This document shows, one piece after another, positions 35,685 through 50,470 of a stretch of 64,000 nt of DNA; the stretch's first letter is position 1, and each line of letters begins with the position of its first letter. The notes under the pieces were generated by a model, which was not told where the DNA came from, ran no database searches, and saw only the letters and a list, made by a program, of their open reading frames with translations. This stretch comes from Azolla caroliniana (lineage: Eukaryota > Plantae > Polypodiophyta), in contig JBHGNT010000012.1 of the NCBI GenBank assembly GCA_043228905.1, positions 20,770,001 to 20,834,000 of the forward strand. Direction: 5' to 3'. A program made the position numbers and the translations under genes.

Positions 35685-37668
35685 AAAGCAAATCGACCAT
35701 GTCAACTACTAAAGGCTTCAAGATCTGCAATCGAAACAAGTGGTATTCAGATTGTCGAAATTTAGTGGCCAAAAGGCCTAAATATGTGAAGCCTGCCAAC
35801 TTGGGAAGCAAAACTGACTTCCATTCCCCAATGAGCAAAACCGGAGCCGAAATAAGCTCGACTTAATACATTTGGATGTATGGGGACCAACACAGGATGT
35901 GAGTCTTGGTGGTAGTTGATATTTTGTCTCCTTCATAGATGACTACAACCGACACACATAGATCTACCTCATTGAGAAGAAAAGCGGAGTCTTCGACTGT
36001 TTTCGGAACCTACAAAGCTTAGTTGAAAGGGAAACAGAGAGGAAGATAAAGTTATTGCGGTCGGATGATAGAAAAGAGTACTTTTCCGGCCAATTCAACT
36101 GTTATCTACAACAAAGGGGAATTCAGAGAGAGTTCAATTGTAGATATACGCCGAAACAAAACGACGTAGTCGAAAGGAAGAACCGGTCAATTGTGCAAAC
36201 AACCAGGGTGATTCTAGAGGAGAAGAGCATGCCTAAGTTCTACTAGGCCGAAGGGTCCGAACCGCGGTCTACATCCAAAATCGGATCGGGGAGAAGGTGT
36301 CGGTACATGAGCTGTATTTCGGGTGGAAGCCAAACAGGGTTAGTATGTTTTTGTGGCCTTGCCTATAGTGTTTAGGGTCTAACTAGGGAACTGATTTTTT
36401 TTTGTGTTTCCTTATAATTATGAGTTCATAGGGTGGGCATACAAGAGGCAAAAGATTTCAAATAGCAATGGATTGGCTTTAGAACACATACCTTCTAAAT
36501 GCATAGCATAGCCTATGTGCATGTACCGGATGAGAAGTGGAGAAAGTTATACCCGAAGTCAGGGAAGTGCATATTTGGTCGGCTACTCACATGAACAAAT
36601 GGGGTATAAGTGTTATAACCCTCAGAACAAAGAAGTTCAAGTAAGCCGAGATGTCGAATTCGACGAGTCGGCATCATGGTACTCCCTACCGACTCCGACT
36701 CTGACCCCCGACAACTCCACCCACCCAATCACTGAGGATGAGGTCAATGAGCCCAACATGATTTGGGAAGAAGATGAATAAGATTTCGACACTCTAAACG
36801 AGAGACTGATTTCATTTCGACTAAGTGGGCTGAATGAGAGATTGAGTCAAAATGACCAATTGGATGAAAAGCCAGCTAGTAGTGGACACTCGGTCGTGTA
36901 CTCCCCAAGCAAGGAACTAAGGAGATGGTACACACTCAAGGAGAAAGGGAAAAATAATATGTCAGAATACGGCATAAACAAGGAAGAGTTGGATCAGAGT
37001 GAGTCCGAAACTGGAAAGAATGAGGACAGACCTTCGGAGACGAAGTTAGAGTCGGCCAAGAGGGCCTTAAAATCGGCGAATCAGAAGTTACATTGATCTA
37101 CCCGCCAAAAGAACCATGTGATGCAGTAAGGGTACAATGAGTATATAGCACATCATTATGCGTACAAGACAAAGGTGGTGGAAGTGTGTGAGTTGGAGAG
37201 CTACACAGAAACGATGAAGGATGGAAATTGGTGTGCCGCTATGGAGGAAGAGATGTGAGCATTAACAGAGAATGAGACTTGGGACCTAGTTGATGCCCCC
37301 AAGGGTGTGAAGCCGATCGGATACAAGTGGGTGTACAAGGTCAAGTACAATGTTGACGGCTCCGTCAACCGGTAAAAGGCCCGATTGGTGGCCAAGGGCT
37401 ACATGTAGAAACATGGGATCAATTACAATGAGACCTTCGCATTGGTCACGAAGATGACAACGGTCCTTGTATTACTAGCAGTAGCAGCGGCAAAGGGGTG
37501 GCATTTACATAAGATGGATATAAAAAACGCGTTCCTGTAAGGCGATCTTGAGGAACAAGTGTACATGGTACAACGCCCCGTATTTCTATCCGAACGGAAT
37601 ACATTGACAGTTTGCCAATAGAAGAAGTCGTTAAATGAACTCAAGCAAGCCTCGCGTGCCTGGAACGT

Positions 37669-38356
37669 TGTCGCGAAAATCCGTGAGTACGTGTCAGCTT
37701 GGGCAAGACCACGAGGGACTTGGGACTAGGGAGTAGAGGGGAAAGGGGAGCTTATCCCTTACAGCCTTCGAGCTCAAAAAGGTAGGAGAAAGACGAAGAG
37801 ATTAACACGGTACCTTCCTAACGACTACCATGATGACCAAACGAAAACCCTAAAACGAAATAAGGATAAGATGAAGAAGAAATACCCTAACGGTCTACCT
37901 CTAACGACAAAATGGCGACCTTTCCAATGGTGACCCCTCACCCCCTTTTATAGTAGAAAGGGGTGAGGCTCATTACAAAAGGAGAGGCCAAATACTCCTC
38001 TCTTTCCGAAGAAGTATATTTGCCTTGATCTTAGGAGGAGAGATTGATGGGGCCTTAACACCCTCTCCTCTCATTTTCACACACACACACACACACACAC
38101 AACCATGGCCACTACTCATTACACCCTTACTTCTATGCACTCTCTTTTCTTACGTGTATATTTGCACCTAAGTGCACATCACATTTATACTTTACGAACT
38201 TTTTGGTGTACTTTAGCACCTTACACTTCACCTTTCCCTTTTACATTTGCTTTCTTATTCTTATTTACAAATTCTTAAGTGCATGTGCAATGTTGCACAT
38301 CCCATTTTTATTCGCCCAACCCAGTTTTCTTACCATAGCCAAAAATCCTCATGGCA
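37669..38356. mobile_element. Solo LTR in the copia RT with 4-bp TSD ACGT
   Basis: TGTCGCGAA..CATGGCA ends, acgt on both flanks. Removal restores the frame W-N-V-K-I-T-Q-R. Confidence 0.85.
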
Positions 38357-39567
38357 ACGTGAAGATCACACAGAGGTGCTTGAGGATTGGGGTTTGCTCC
38401 ATTGAAATCAGACTCTTCATTGTTCATCCTGAAAGGTCCAGAAGGTCCACTATGCATTCTGCTATATGTCGACGACTTGGTTGTCACTGAACCCGACCTC
38501 AGAGAGATCAGTTGCGTGAAATCTCACCTTGCGGCATCATTTTGAAATGAAGGATTTGGGGGACCTTCACTACTTCATCGGGATCGAAGTGATCCACACC
38601 CTAGACGACATATTATCGTCTCAGCAACACTATGTGTTGAATATCCTATTCAAGTTCAACATGACTGATTGTCGACTGTCTCAACTCCAGACCGCCTACA
38701 ACGAGAAACGGTTTCGACAAATTGTTGGAATCCTCATATACTTGACCATCACCCGACCCGACATAAGCTATCCGGTCAGAGTGGTCAGACAATACATGCA
38801 GTGACCGACCGTTGATCACCTTTAGTGCGTGCGTAACCTACTGCGATATGTGAGCGGCACTAAGGATAGGGGTCTATTGTACGACATGGTATAACCGAAC
38901 AATTAGTCGGTTATATTGATGGTGATTGGGCTGGTGATGCGTCGGATCGTCGGTCAACATCTGGCTTTATGTTTTCTCGCAAGAGCGCAACTATTGTGTG
39001 GAGCAACAAAAAGCAACCTATAGTGTCTCTATCGAGCATTGAGGTTGAGTACCAAGGAGCTACTATCGCGACCTGTGAAGCCATATGGCTTCGGTTGCTG
39101 TTGGAAGGCCTTTGGATTGAAGTATTGACTCTGATCCCGATCTACTATGACAATATCCATAGCATGTAGTTGGCCAAGAACTTCATGTTCCATGCTCGCA
39201 CACAAGCACATCGAAGTGCATTATCACTTTGTGCGTGAGCGGGTCCTGAGCGGTGACGTCGAACTCCAATATGTTCGAATAGATCGATAGGTTGTTGACA
39301 TCTTCACCAAGCCACTTGGATCGAACAAGTTGCAACAATTTTCGAAGATGTTTGGGCGACAACATCTCAACGTGTTGCACTTGAGGGGAAGAACAAATAC
39401 ATGAACGGGGAGAACAGGTAAAGGTATCGAAGAAGTAGTCGGAGAGAAGGAGAACGAAAGAGAAACAGGGGAGCAATTGAGAATAAGGGAGCGAGTCGAC
39501 TTAAGAAGTTGGCACATCCGATAAAGTCAGAACAAGCGGCGATAGAGTCAAGGACAGAGCCGACCAG

Positions 39568-40359
39568 TGTCGTGAATATTTCCGACGACAATGAGAAAAC
39601 CGGGTGGAATGGGTGAAGTAAGCAATGTGCACCATGTGCACATGTACATTTGTAAAACATATATAAAATAAAAGGGGAAAGTGAAGGGTGCAAGAGGTGC
39701 CAATAGAGTTATTGAAGGAATAAATGTGATTTGTACAGTGGTCCACATGCACACGTATAGAGTAGTGTGGGGAGTGTGGAAGTGAGGGTGTTTAATGTAC
39801 CTCATCAATCACTTAGGGAATCGAGGTAGTCACATATCTCCTCTAAAAAAGAGGAATATTGGACGGATTTTGTAACATACCTCCCCTCCTTGGGTTATAA
39901 AAGGAGGGAGAGAGTCTTTTGTAAAGGGGCCCCTCGTTTTAGGTTTTTCCCCCGGTTTTGGTCTCTCTCTATTTTGTACAGTTTGCCGAATCGGATTTGG
40001 GGTTTGTTTTTTATTTGTTGTCTGTTAGGGTTTGGGTGGGGGTTCCGTTTTTGGTGTGTTTAGGGTTTAGTTTGGTTGGAGTTCGTAAGCTCCAAGGTCT
40101 CAGTTTCTGTTGTGTCTTCTGTGCAAGGTCTCCACTTGCGACGGCAAGCCCAAGTACTCCCCGATTGGAATCTTGCCTGCAGACATTTGTTATATCTGGT
40201 ATGTTGGTCCCACTCGAAGCCGGAGATGTAATCTAATCTACTGCTCATGTATATATATAATAGTTGTGCATAATTGTGTCTCTGTCGGTGTCGGGTGCAC
40301 TTCTTTCTTCCCGGTTTCTGTATGCAAGAGTTGTGTTGTTGAGTAAGTGGTGTGCACGT

Positions 40360-40404
<45 letters not shown>

Positions 40405-40552
40405 TGCCTTTGAAACATATCCGAAAAACTCTCCGGTCGGCGTCACAACCGACGAAACTCGGTTCTTCCGGATCTATCTCTTTTCGGTCCAAGACCTCGG
40501 TGGTCCCGCCCCGAATGCTACATGTACACGCGAATGACCGCGGTTTGCGACA
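39568..40552. mobile_element. Solo LTR in the copia 3' region, related to the elements at 12483 and 37669
   Basis: TGTCGTGA..TTGCGACA ends with flanks ccag/ccaa. The uninterrupted homologous site is visible in the sister copia at ~62690-62720. Contains a TATA-like ttataaaa and a (CT)n tract. Confidence 0.75.
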
Positions 40553-41559
40553 CCAAAAAATGAAGGTCAAGACCCGGAAATGGTCTGATGTGGTGAAAGG
40601 CCTAAAGATTGAAGATGAATTGGAGACAACCAATTCGGACAAGAGCGAGAACGAATTGAAGGCAGTCGATTCGTTTGAACAATTCAATTCAAAGGAGCCG
40701 AATCACATGAAGGCCAAGTGGACGAGAAGGTAGCGAAAGACGACAATGACATGGAGGAGCCAGCGGGTCAAGAAGTGTCGAAGTCACAGCAATGAAGGAG
40801 CTGAGATGGGCTTGATGAGCAGACAAGCCGACCGAGAAGGTCGAGGTGCGTGGAACCGGACGAGTCGAGGAGCACGAGCAAGGTGTGAGGACTCCAAGAG
40901 GAGCCGAAGAAAAGGATCGGCGGATACTGACACAACACACCCACCTCAAGTTGAGCTTGAGGGGGAGTGTTGAGCGGACACGCTCAACATGGGCTGGATC
41001 TACTGAACAAGCCGAGAGCCGGATTGGATGAAGACCAATCGGCTAGGCCCGGATCGGATCGGTGGCTGGAATAGAGATCTAGATCGGTGTGATACCGGTA
41101 GGCCGTTAGAGGCCTACGATCCTAACCTAGTAGATAGGCATATTTTTAGGAGTTAGTGTCTGAGCTCAGTTATGAGCATTGAAGTACTTCTTTCAATCCT
41201 TTTAAGGACTTGTATAAAAGTGCTCTCTAAGCACATTGTATGTACAGAGTACATAGTTTATTTTGAAATAAATTTTTGTGTGTTTTGCTCTCTTTGTCTC
41301 TCTGGCGTACTCTTTGTGTATTTTCGAGTTTTCCATTAAACCTTCGATCTATTCTCTATTGCTATCTGGTTGAGCCAGTTGTCTCTACAAGCTTCCATAT
41401 GTTACTCTTTATATATTACATATGGCAATGGGCTATCTTAATGGTTAGGTTTTTTATTATGTGTTACAAGGTCCTGGGTTCAAGTCTAGGAGACACCATG
41501 ATGTTCATGACACCTCTAGCCAAGCCCTAAAGAGCCATATGAAACATAATAGTCACACA

Positions 41560-44500
41560 CATAGATTGAAATATTCGCATTCGTGGGGCCTCCCCCACGA
41601 ATCCCAACGAATGCGTATACGAATATTTCTTCTAATATTCGTTAACCTTTTTTTCCCCCTTTTTTCCCCTAATTTTTTTTTTGGAAAAAATTCAGTCGAC
41701 GAGTAGCGAACAGAGACTTTCTGTTTTCTTGCCTTTCTCTCTCGCCTGCTCCCATTGAAGCTCCAATCCTCCTCTGCATCTTCCTGCGCGCAATCTCTTC
41801 TTCTTCGCAGTCTACAGAAACAACAGATTCAGGTATGCTCTTGCTTCTCCTCTGATTTTCCTGCAAGAAATATATGCTCTTTCGTGTAGTTTTGTTCTCT
41901 CACGAGAGAGAAGAGAGAGAATTTTTTTTGTTCTCGAATTTGGTTTTCATCGAATTTTTTGTTCTCGAATTTGTTCTAGAATTTCATTTCATAAATCATA
42001 ATTCGTTCCTTGTAGTCAGATTTTGTTTATTCTGCATTATGCAACAAAATATAGAAATGAAAAAATCCATGTGCATATGTACTATGAAGAAGTTGCTCTA
42101 ATAAACAATGCAACCAAAGGAATGAAGAGTCTCCTTTGCTTGTGCATGTTCCAAAGTGCAGAAAAAACCAAATCAGAGTGCAATGAAAGAACGTTGCATT
42201 ATGGAATAGTTCATTGTCGCCTAATTCTTTTAGTTATTCTCATAGGTTAGGGTCCAGGGAACAACAAAGGCTGAAGGTTAATTTACACAATGGTGAAACA
42301 AAAGAGCTTCGAATGGAATCATGTGGCCATTTTGAGAAAACATGATAAGGGTATGCCTGTTGTTCAATGCAATCATTGTCACCATGTATTTGTTGGTGGC
42401 CCCTTTCGAATCAGAGCTCACTTGTTGGGCTTGAAAGGTTTAGGTGTTGACAAATGTCGTCAAATTGATGCTGTTATAAAAGCCGAAGTACAAAAAATGG
42501 TATCTGGTTGTGCAAATGTTGACATGAATGATGAGTCATCAATGGAATGTAATGCTGAAAATTGTAGCACAAATGTTGATGCGAATGTGGAATCAACGTC
42601 TATCAATGAAATGCCTTCATCATCGTTTGGTAATGCATCAAGTAAAAATATGAAAGTAGACAATGTACCTTTGAAGATGTTATGGCAAAAGCAACTTGAT
42701 AAAAATGTTGATGAAGCTATCAGGAGGTTTTTTTTTGTAGAGGATATACCGGATGTAAAAGTGGGAAGTACATATTTTCGTGAATTAATAAAAGCTGCGG
42801 CACTTGCTGGGCCGTCTTATGAGCCACCATCTCCTTATCAATTGCGCAAAAAGCACTTGAATGAAGAGGTGAAATATGTTGAAAATGAGATTATGCAAAT
42901 TAGAGAAAAATGGAAAACTATTGGATGCACTGTTGTGAGCGATGGTTGGTCAGATACCAAGAATAGACCAATAATTAATGTGATGGCTACTTCTGCGTAT
43001 GGCACTGTGTTTCTGAAATCAGTTGACACTAGTGGAGAATATAAATCGGGAGAGTATATCTTTAAGATTTTAAAGGATGTTATTCTTGATATTGGCCCAT
43101 CAAATGTTGTGCAAGTTTGTATGGACAATGCAACTAATTGTGTAGTAGCTGGGAGGATGATAGAGAAAGAGTGGCCCATGATCTTTTTTACCATATGCAC
43201 ATGTCATTGCATCGATTTGTTGTTTGAAGAATTGGAAAATGTGCTTGGGTTCATGATGTTTTGAAATTAGCTACAAAGGTAATCGTGTTTATTACACGAA
43301 AACAATATTCTTTGGCAATGTTTCGTAAGTTTAGTGAGAAAGAATTGTTAAAGCCTTCCACTACTAGATTTGCCTATAGTTTTATCATGTTGTCAAACTT
43401 ATTGGATGACAGAGTCAAAGGTGGATTACGAAGAATGGTGGTTAATGAACAATGGTGTCAATGGAAAGGATCAAAAACACAACTAGGAGAAGAAATAGTT
43501 TCAATTATACTTTATGTTTCTTTTTGGGCAAATATAAAGAAGATCATAAAGATATGCAAGCCTATCCTAAAAGTTCTTAGATTGGCGGATAGAGAAGGTG
43601 CAACCATGGGTTTAATTTATGAATGTACTCATCGTATGATAGAAGAAATAAACCACATTGAAGATGTAGATCGTTTATTGCTTGATGAAATTCGGGAAAT
43701 ATGTATGCAAAGATGGACAATGCTACATTCACCATTGCATGCAACTGGTTTTATTTTACATCCAATTTGGAGAGAAAAAATTCAAGATATTGATGAGAAG
43801 CTGAATACAAGTTGGATGGAAACTATTATGCGGTATACTAATGGTGATATACCTTTATGTGGTGTTTTATTAGATGAATTCTATGCTTATAAAACTCAAC
43901 AAAAGAGTTCATTTCAAGTTCCTATGGCAAATGATCCAACTAGAATGCATGATGCAATTAAGTGGTGGGAAACATTTGGAGCAAGCACTCCAAACTTAAA
44001 AAGGCTTGCAATTCGTGTGCTTTCTCAAGGTTCATGTGCATCTTCTTGTGAAAGAAATTGGAGTACATTCTCATCGATACATACAAAAAAAAGAAATAGA
44101 TTGACTCATGCTCATGTTGAGAAATTGGTTTACATACATGCAAATCATTGTCTCATAAGAAGAATAAAGGAAAGGGGATTATGCATAATTGAAGCAACAT
44201 TAGATATGATCAACAAAGAAGAAGATGATGAGAGACTTTTGAGAATGCAAAATCAAGCTATTGATGAAAATGAAGCTCATAAGGACATTATGGATGAGCT
44301 TGAAGATACGGATGATGAATGTGATAGTGCATAGAGTCTTAAGCATTTCGAAGCATTACTTAGAAGTTAGAAGTTAGAACCTAGAATTTAGAAATTACAA
44401 TATAACGGCTCATAATCGCTTTAATTAAAACTTTTCTTTCTTATGTTAGTGTGATTTTGAAGACCTTCCATTTTTCTATAAATTGGTGATTTTTCCTTTT

Positions 44501-44652
44501 TTTTTTGAGTGAATTGAATAATTTTTATTATATAAATTTATTTTCCATAAACGAATGGTTTTATAATATTCTTGGAGCAATTTTATATTCTCGAATACTA
44601 CGAATATTGCGGATGTCGAATACCACGCATATCACGCATGCTTCAATCTATG
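41560..44652 (+). mobile_element. hAT-superfamily DNA transposon, full length
   Basis: 11-bp TIRs CATAGATTGAA / TTCAATCTATG, perfect 8-bp TSD GTCACACA (41552-41559 / 44653-44660), and subterminal CGAAT/ATTCG motifs. Confidence 0.95.
42290..44334 (+). pseudogene. hAT transposase (BED zinc finger, DUF659, hAT dimerization domain) with a single frameshift near 43230
   Basis: CNHCHHVF..RIRAHL (BED), SDGW, MDNA, CTCHC, TRFA, WWETFG..LAIRVLSQ..SSCERNWS. ORFs 42290-43264 and 43261-44334 join if one base is restored. Confidence 0.9.
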
Positions 44653-45717
44653 GTCACACATATATGATTATTTGATGAATTCAATCTCAACAAAGAAACA
44701 TTTGGCAAACATGTATAGTTCCTTGCGATACCAAATGCTTCCTTAATGCATACGTATCCATCACCTTGACTAATTCAATTGGGTAGATGAGCTTAACCAA
44801 AATTTCATAGCCTAAGTTTGAGATGAGATTCACATGGAGCAACACCATGTATTCTAGGGAGGGGGTGGGTAGGAGAGGGTGATGGAGTAACCATGCCACA
44901 TCGACCAATTCATCATGGCATAGCTTGGATACAACATTACGAAGACCAAATTATGATTGAATGGTGGAGAGGTTCCACGGGAGAGGAGGCATCGAAGCTA
45001 AATAAGGGGTGTTTGGTTTGTTCTCGAATTACATGGGGTGTCCTTAGGGCAAACACATATATCTATGGTGAGGGAGGTCATATCAATGCACTTTTTGATT
45101 GCACAACTAGCAAATTTCGGATCTACATCCATGTGTTGCACACCTACTGATGACCAGACATCCGTAAGTGCAACCTGCTCTCTACCATCTTTTCCCTTAA
45201 TTGGCTCATCATCCTTCATCTTCCTTCGAGCATTGCTCCTTTTCAATCGAGCGCACAAAATTCGTGCCGTCTCATGCGTGGTCCTCATTTGGCTGCATCA
45301 GTCGTGATAGAGACTATTCGGGTGCTGTTACTTCTTCAATGGGGGGTGGCGTGGTTGGGGTCGGGCACCAACATGTTTTTTTTTCCTGGAAAAATATCCT
45401 TTCATTAGTTATGAACAATTATTACAAAAAAACTGACCTACCATCAAGCTACCATTGATCTGGTGCATTCTTCCTTAGGTCCCATTCCTCAAGGATAAAT
45501 AGTATGAACACTCCACCACTCCTTAACCAAGTTATGTGATTGGTGGTGGGAACAACCATACTGACGGTGGGCGCCAACATGTTATGTTTTTCGAATAACA
45601 CAACATGTTATTTGAAATCGTGTAAAGTGTTTATACTAATGAAAGGATATTTCTTCTTTAAAAAAAAAAAGTTCATCCCTCCATGGTCTCTTTCATGGTG
45701 GTGCATTGTCTTCACCA

Positions 45718-46045
45718 ATACATACATACATACCCTACATGCATGCATACATACATACACACATACATATCCTACATGCATGCATACATACATGCATTAC
45801 AAACTTACATACATACATACATACATACACTTCCTCTTCTTCTATACATACATGGATGCATACATACATACATACATGCACTTCCTCTTCTTCTATACAT
45901 ACATACATACATACATACATACATACATACATACATACATTATACATACATACACTTCCTCTTCTTCTATTATCTATACATACATTATACATACATATAC
46001 TTCCTCTTCTTCTATTATCTATGCATATATGCATACATACATACA

Positions 46046-46078
<33 letters not shown>

Positions 46079-46202
46079 GCATGCATACATTATACATACA
46101 TACATACCCTATATGCATGCATGCATACATACATACATACATACACACATACATACATACATACATACATACATACATACATACATACATAATACATACA
46201 TA
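45718..46202 (+). repeat. Compound (CATA)n microsatellite with interspersed CTTCCTCTTCTTCTAT units
   Basis: Visible directly; it accounts for the H/T/Y/I-rich spurious ORFs here. Confidence 0.95.
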
Positions 46203-46695
46203 GCTCTCTCCTTCTCACGTATTTAAAATCTCTTCTATTTCTCTCTCATGTCTCTTTCATTTTCCTTTTTAGTTCGATTCTTTCTCTTTCTGCATCACGT
46301 CGCAAGCTCAAATCCCGCCTTCCTCCTCCTCCTCCTCCTCGTTTCTGCTTCATTTCTGACCTAGATTCGATTTTTTGATTTCCTGTGTTTTCTCTGCAGA
46401 AGAGACAGAAGGCGGGGAAGGACAAGGAGAACGCCTCTGTCTCTTTCTTTCTCGCTTTCATTCTTCTGCTATAATTCTTGCTTTCTGATTTGAAGAAGTT
46501 GAAGAAGAAGAAGAAGAAGAAGAAGAAGAAGAAGGAAGAGGCAACAGGAAGGAGAAGGAATTGCCATTATTCTTTGTTCCTGCATCACGCCAGGAACCCC
46601 GAATTCAACTTCGTCTCGCCCCGTTGTTCTTCCTCCTATTCTGCCGCCATTTCTAGAAAGAAAGAAGCGGGAGGAATAAGAACTTTAAGATCCGC

Positions 46696-50470
<3,775 letters not shown>

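Larger units (their letters stand above)
23341..41413 (+). mobile_element. Full-length but decayed Ty1/copia retrotransposon: 5' LTR 23341-23561 + 33943-34106, PBS 34107-34118, gag-pol ~34220-39400, PPT 40959-40967, 3' LTR 40968-~41413
   Basis: The two LTR copies align. PBS tggtgtcaaagc is tRNA-iMet-like. Zinc knuckle CWYCGKKGH, protease-region GASNHMT, integrase, RT and RNase H (..KHIEVHYHFVRE) remnants, with many stops and frameshifts. Confidence 0.9.
22736..41512. mobile_element. Fold-back element with TG..CA ends (~0.7 kb empty size: 22736-23340 plus ~41414-41512), split by the nested copia
   Basis: Left arm ~22736-23060 is the reverse complement of ~23132-23340 continued at ~41414-41512. 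Termini TGTCATGAACA / TGTTCATGACA. Flanks cctat / cctct (5-bp TSD, one mismatch). Confidence 0.7.

Noticed and set aside
45540-46226. Several 150-230-aa H/T/Y/I-rich ORFs
   Set aside because: Translations of the (CATA)n microsatellite.
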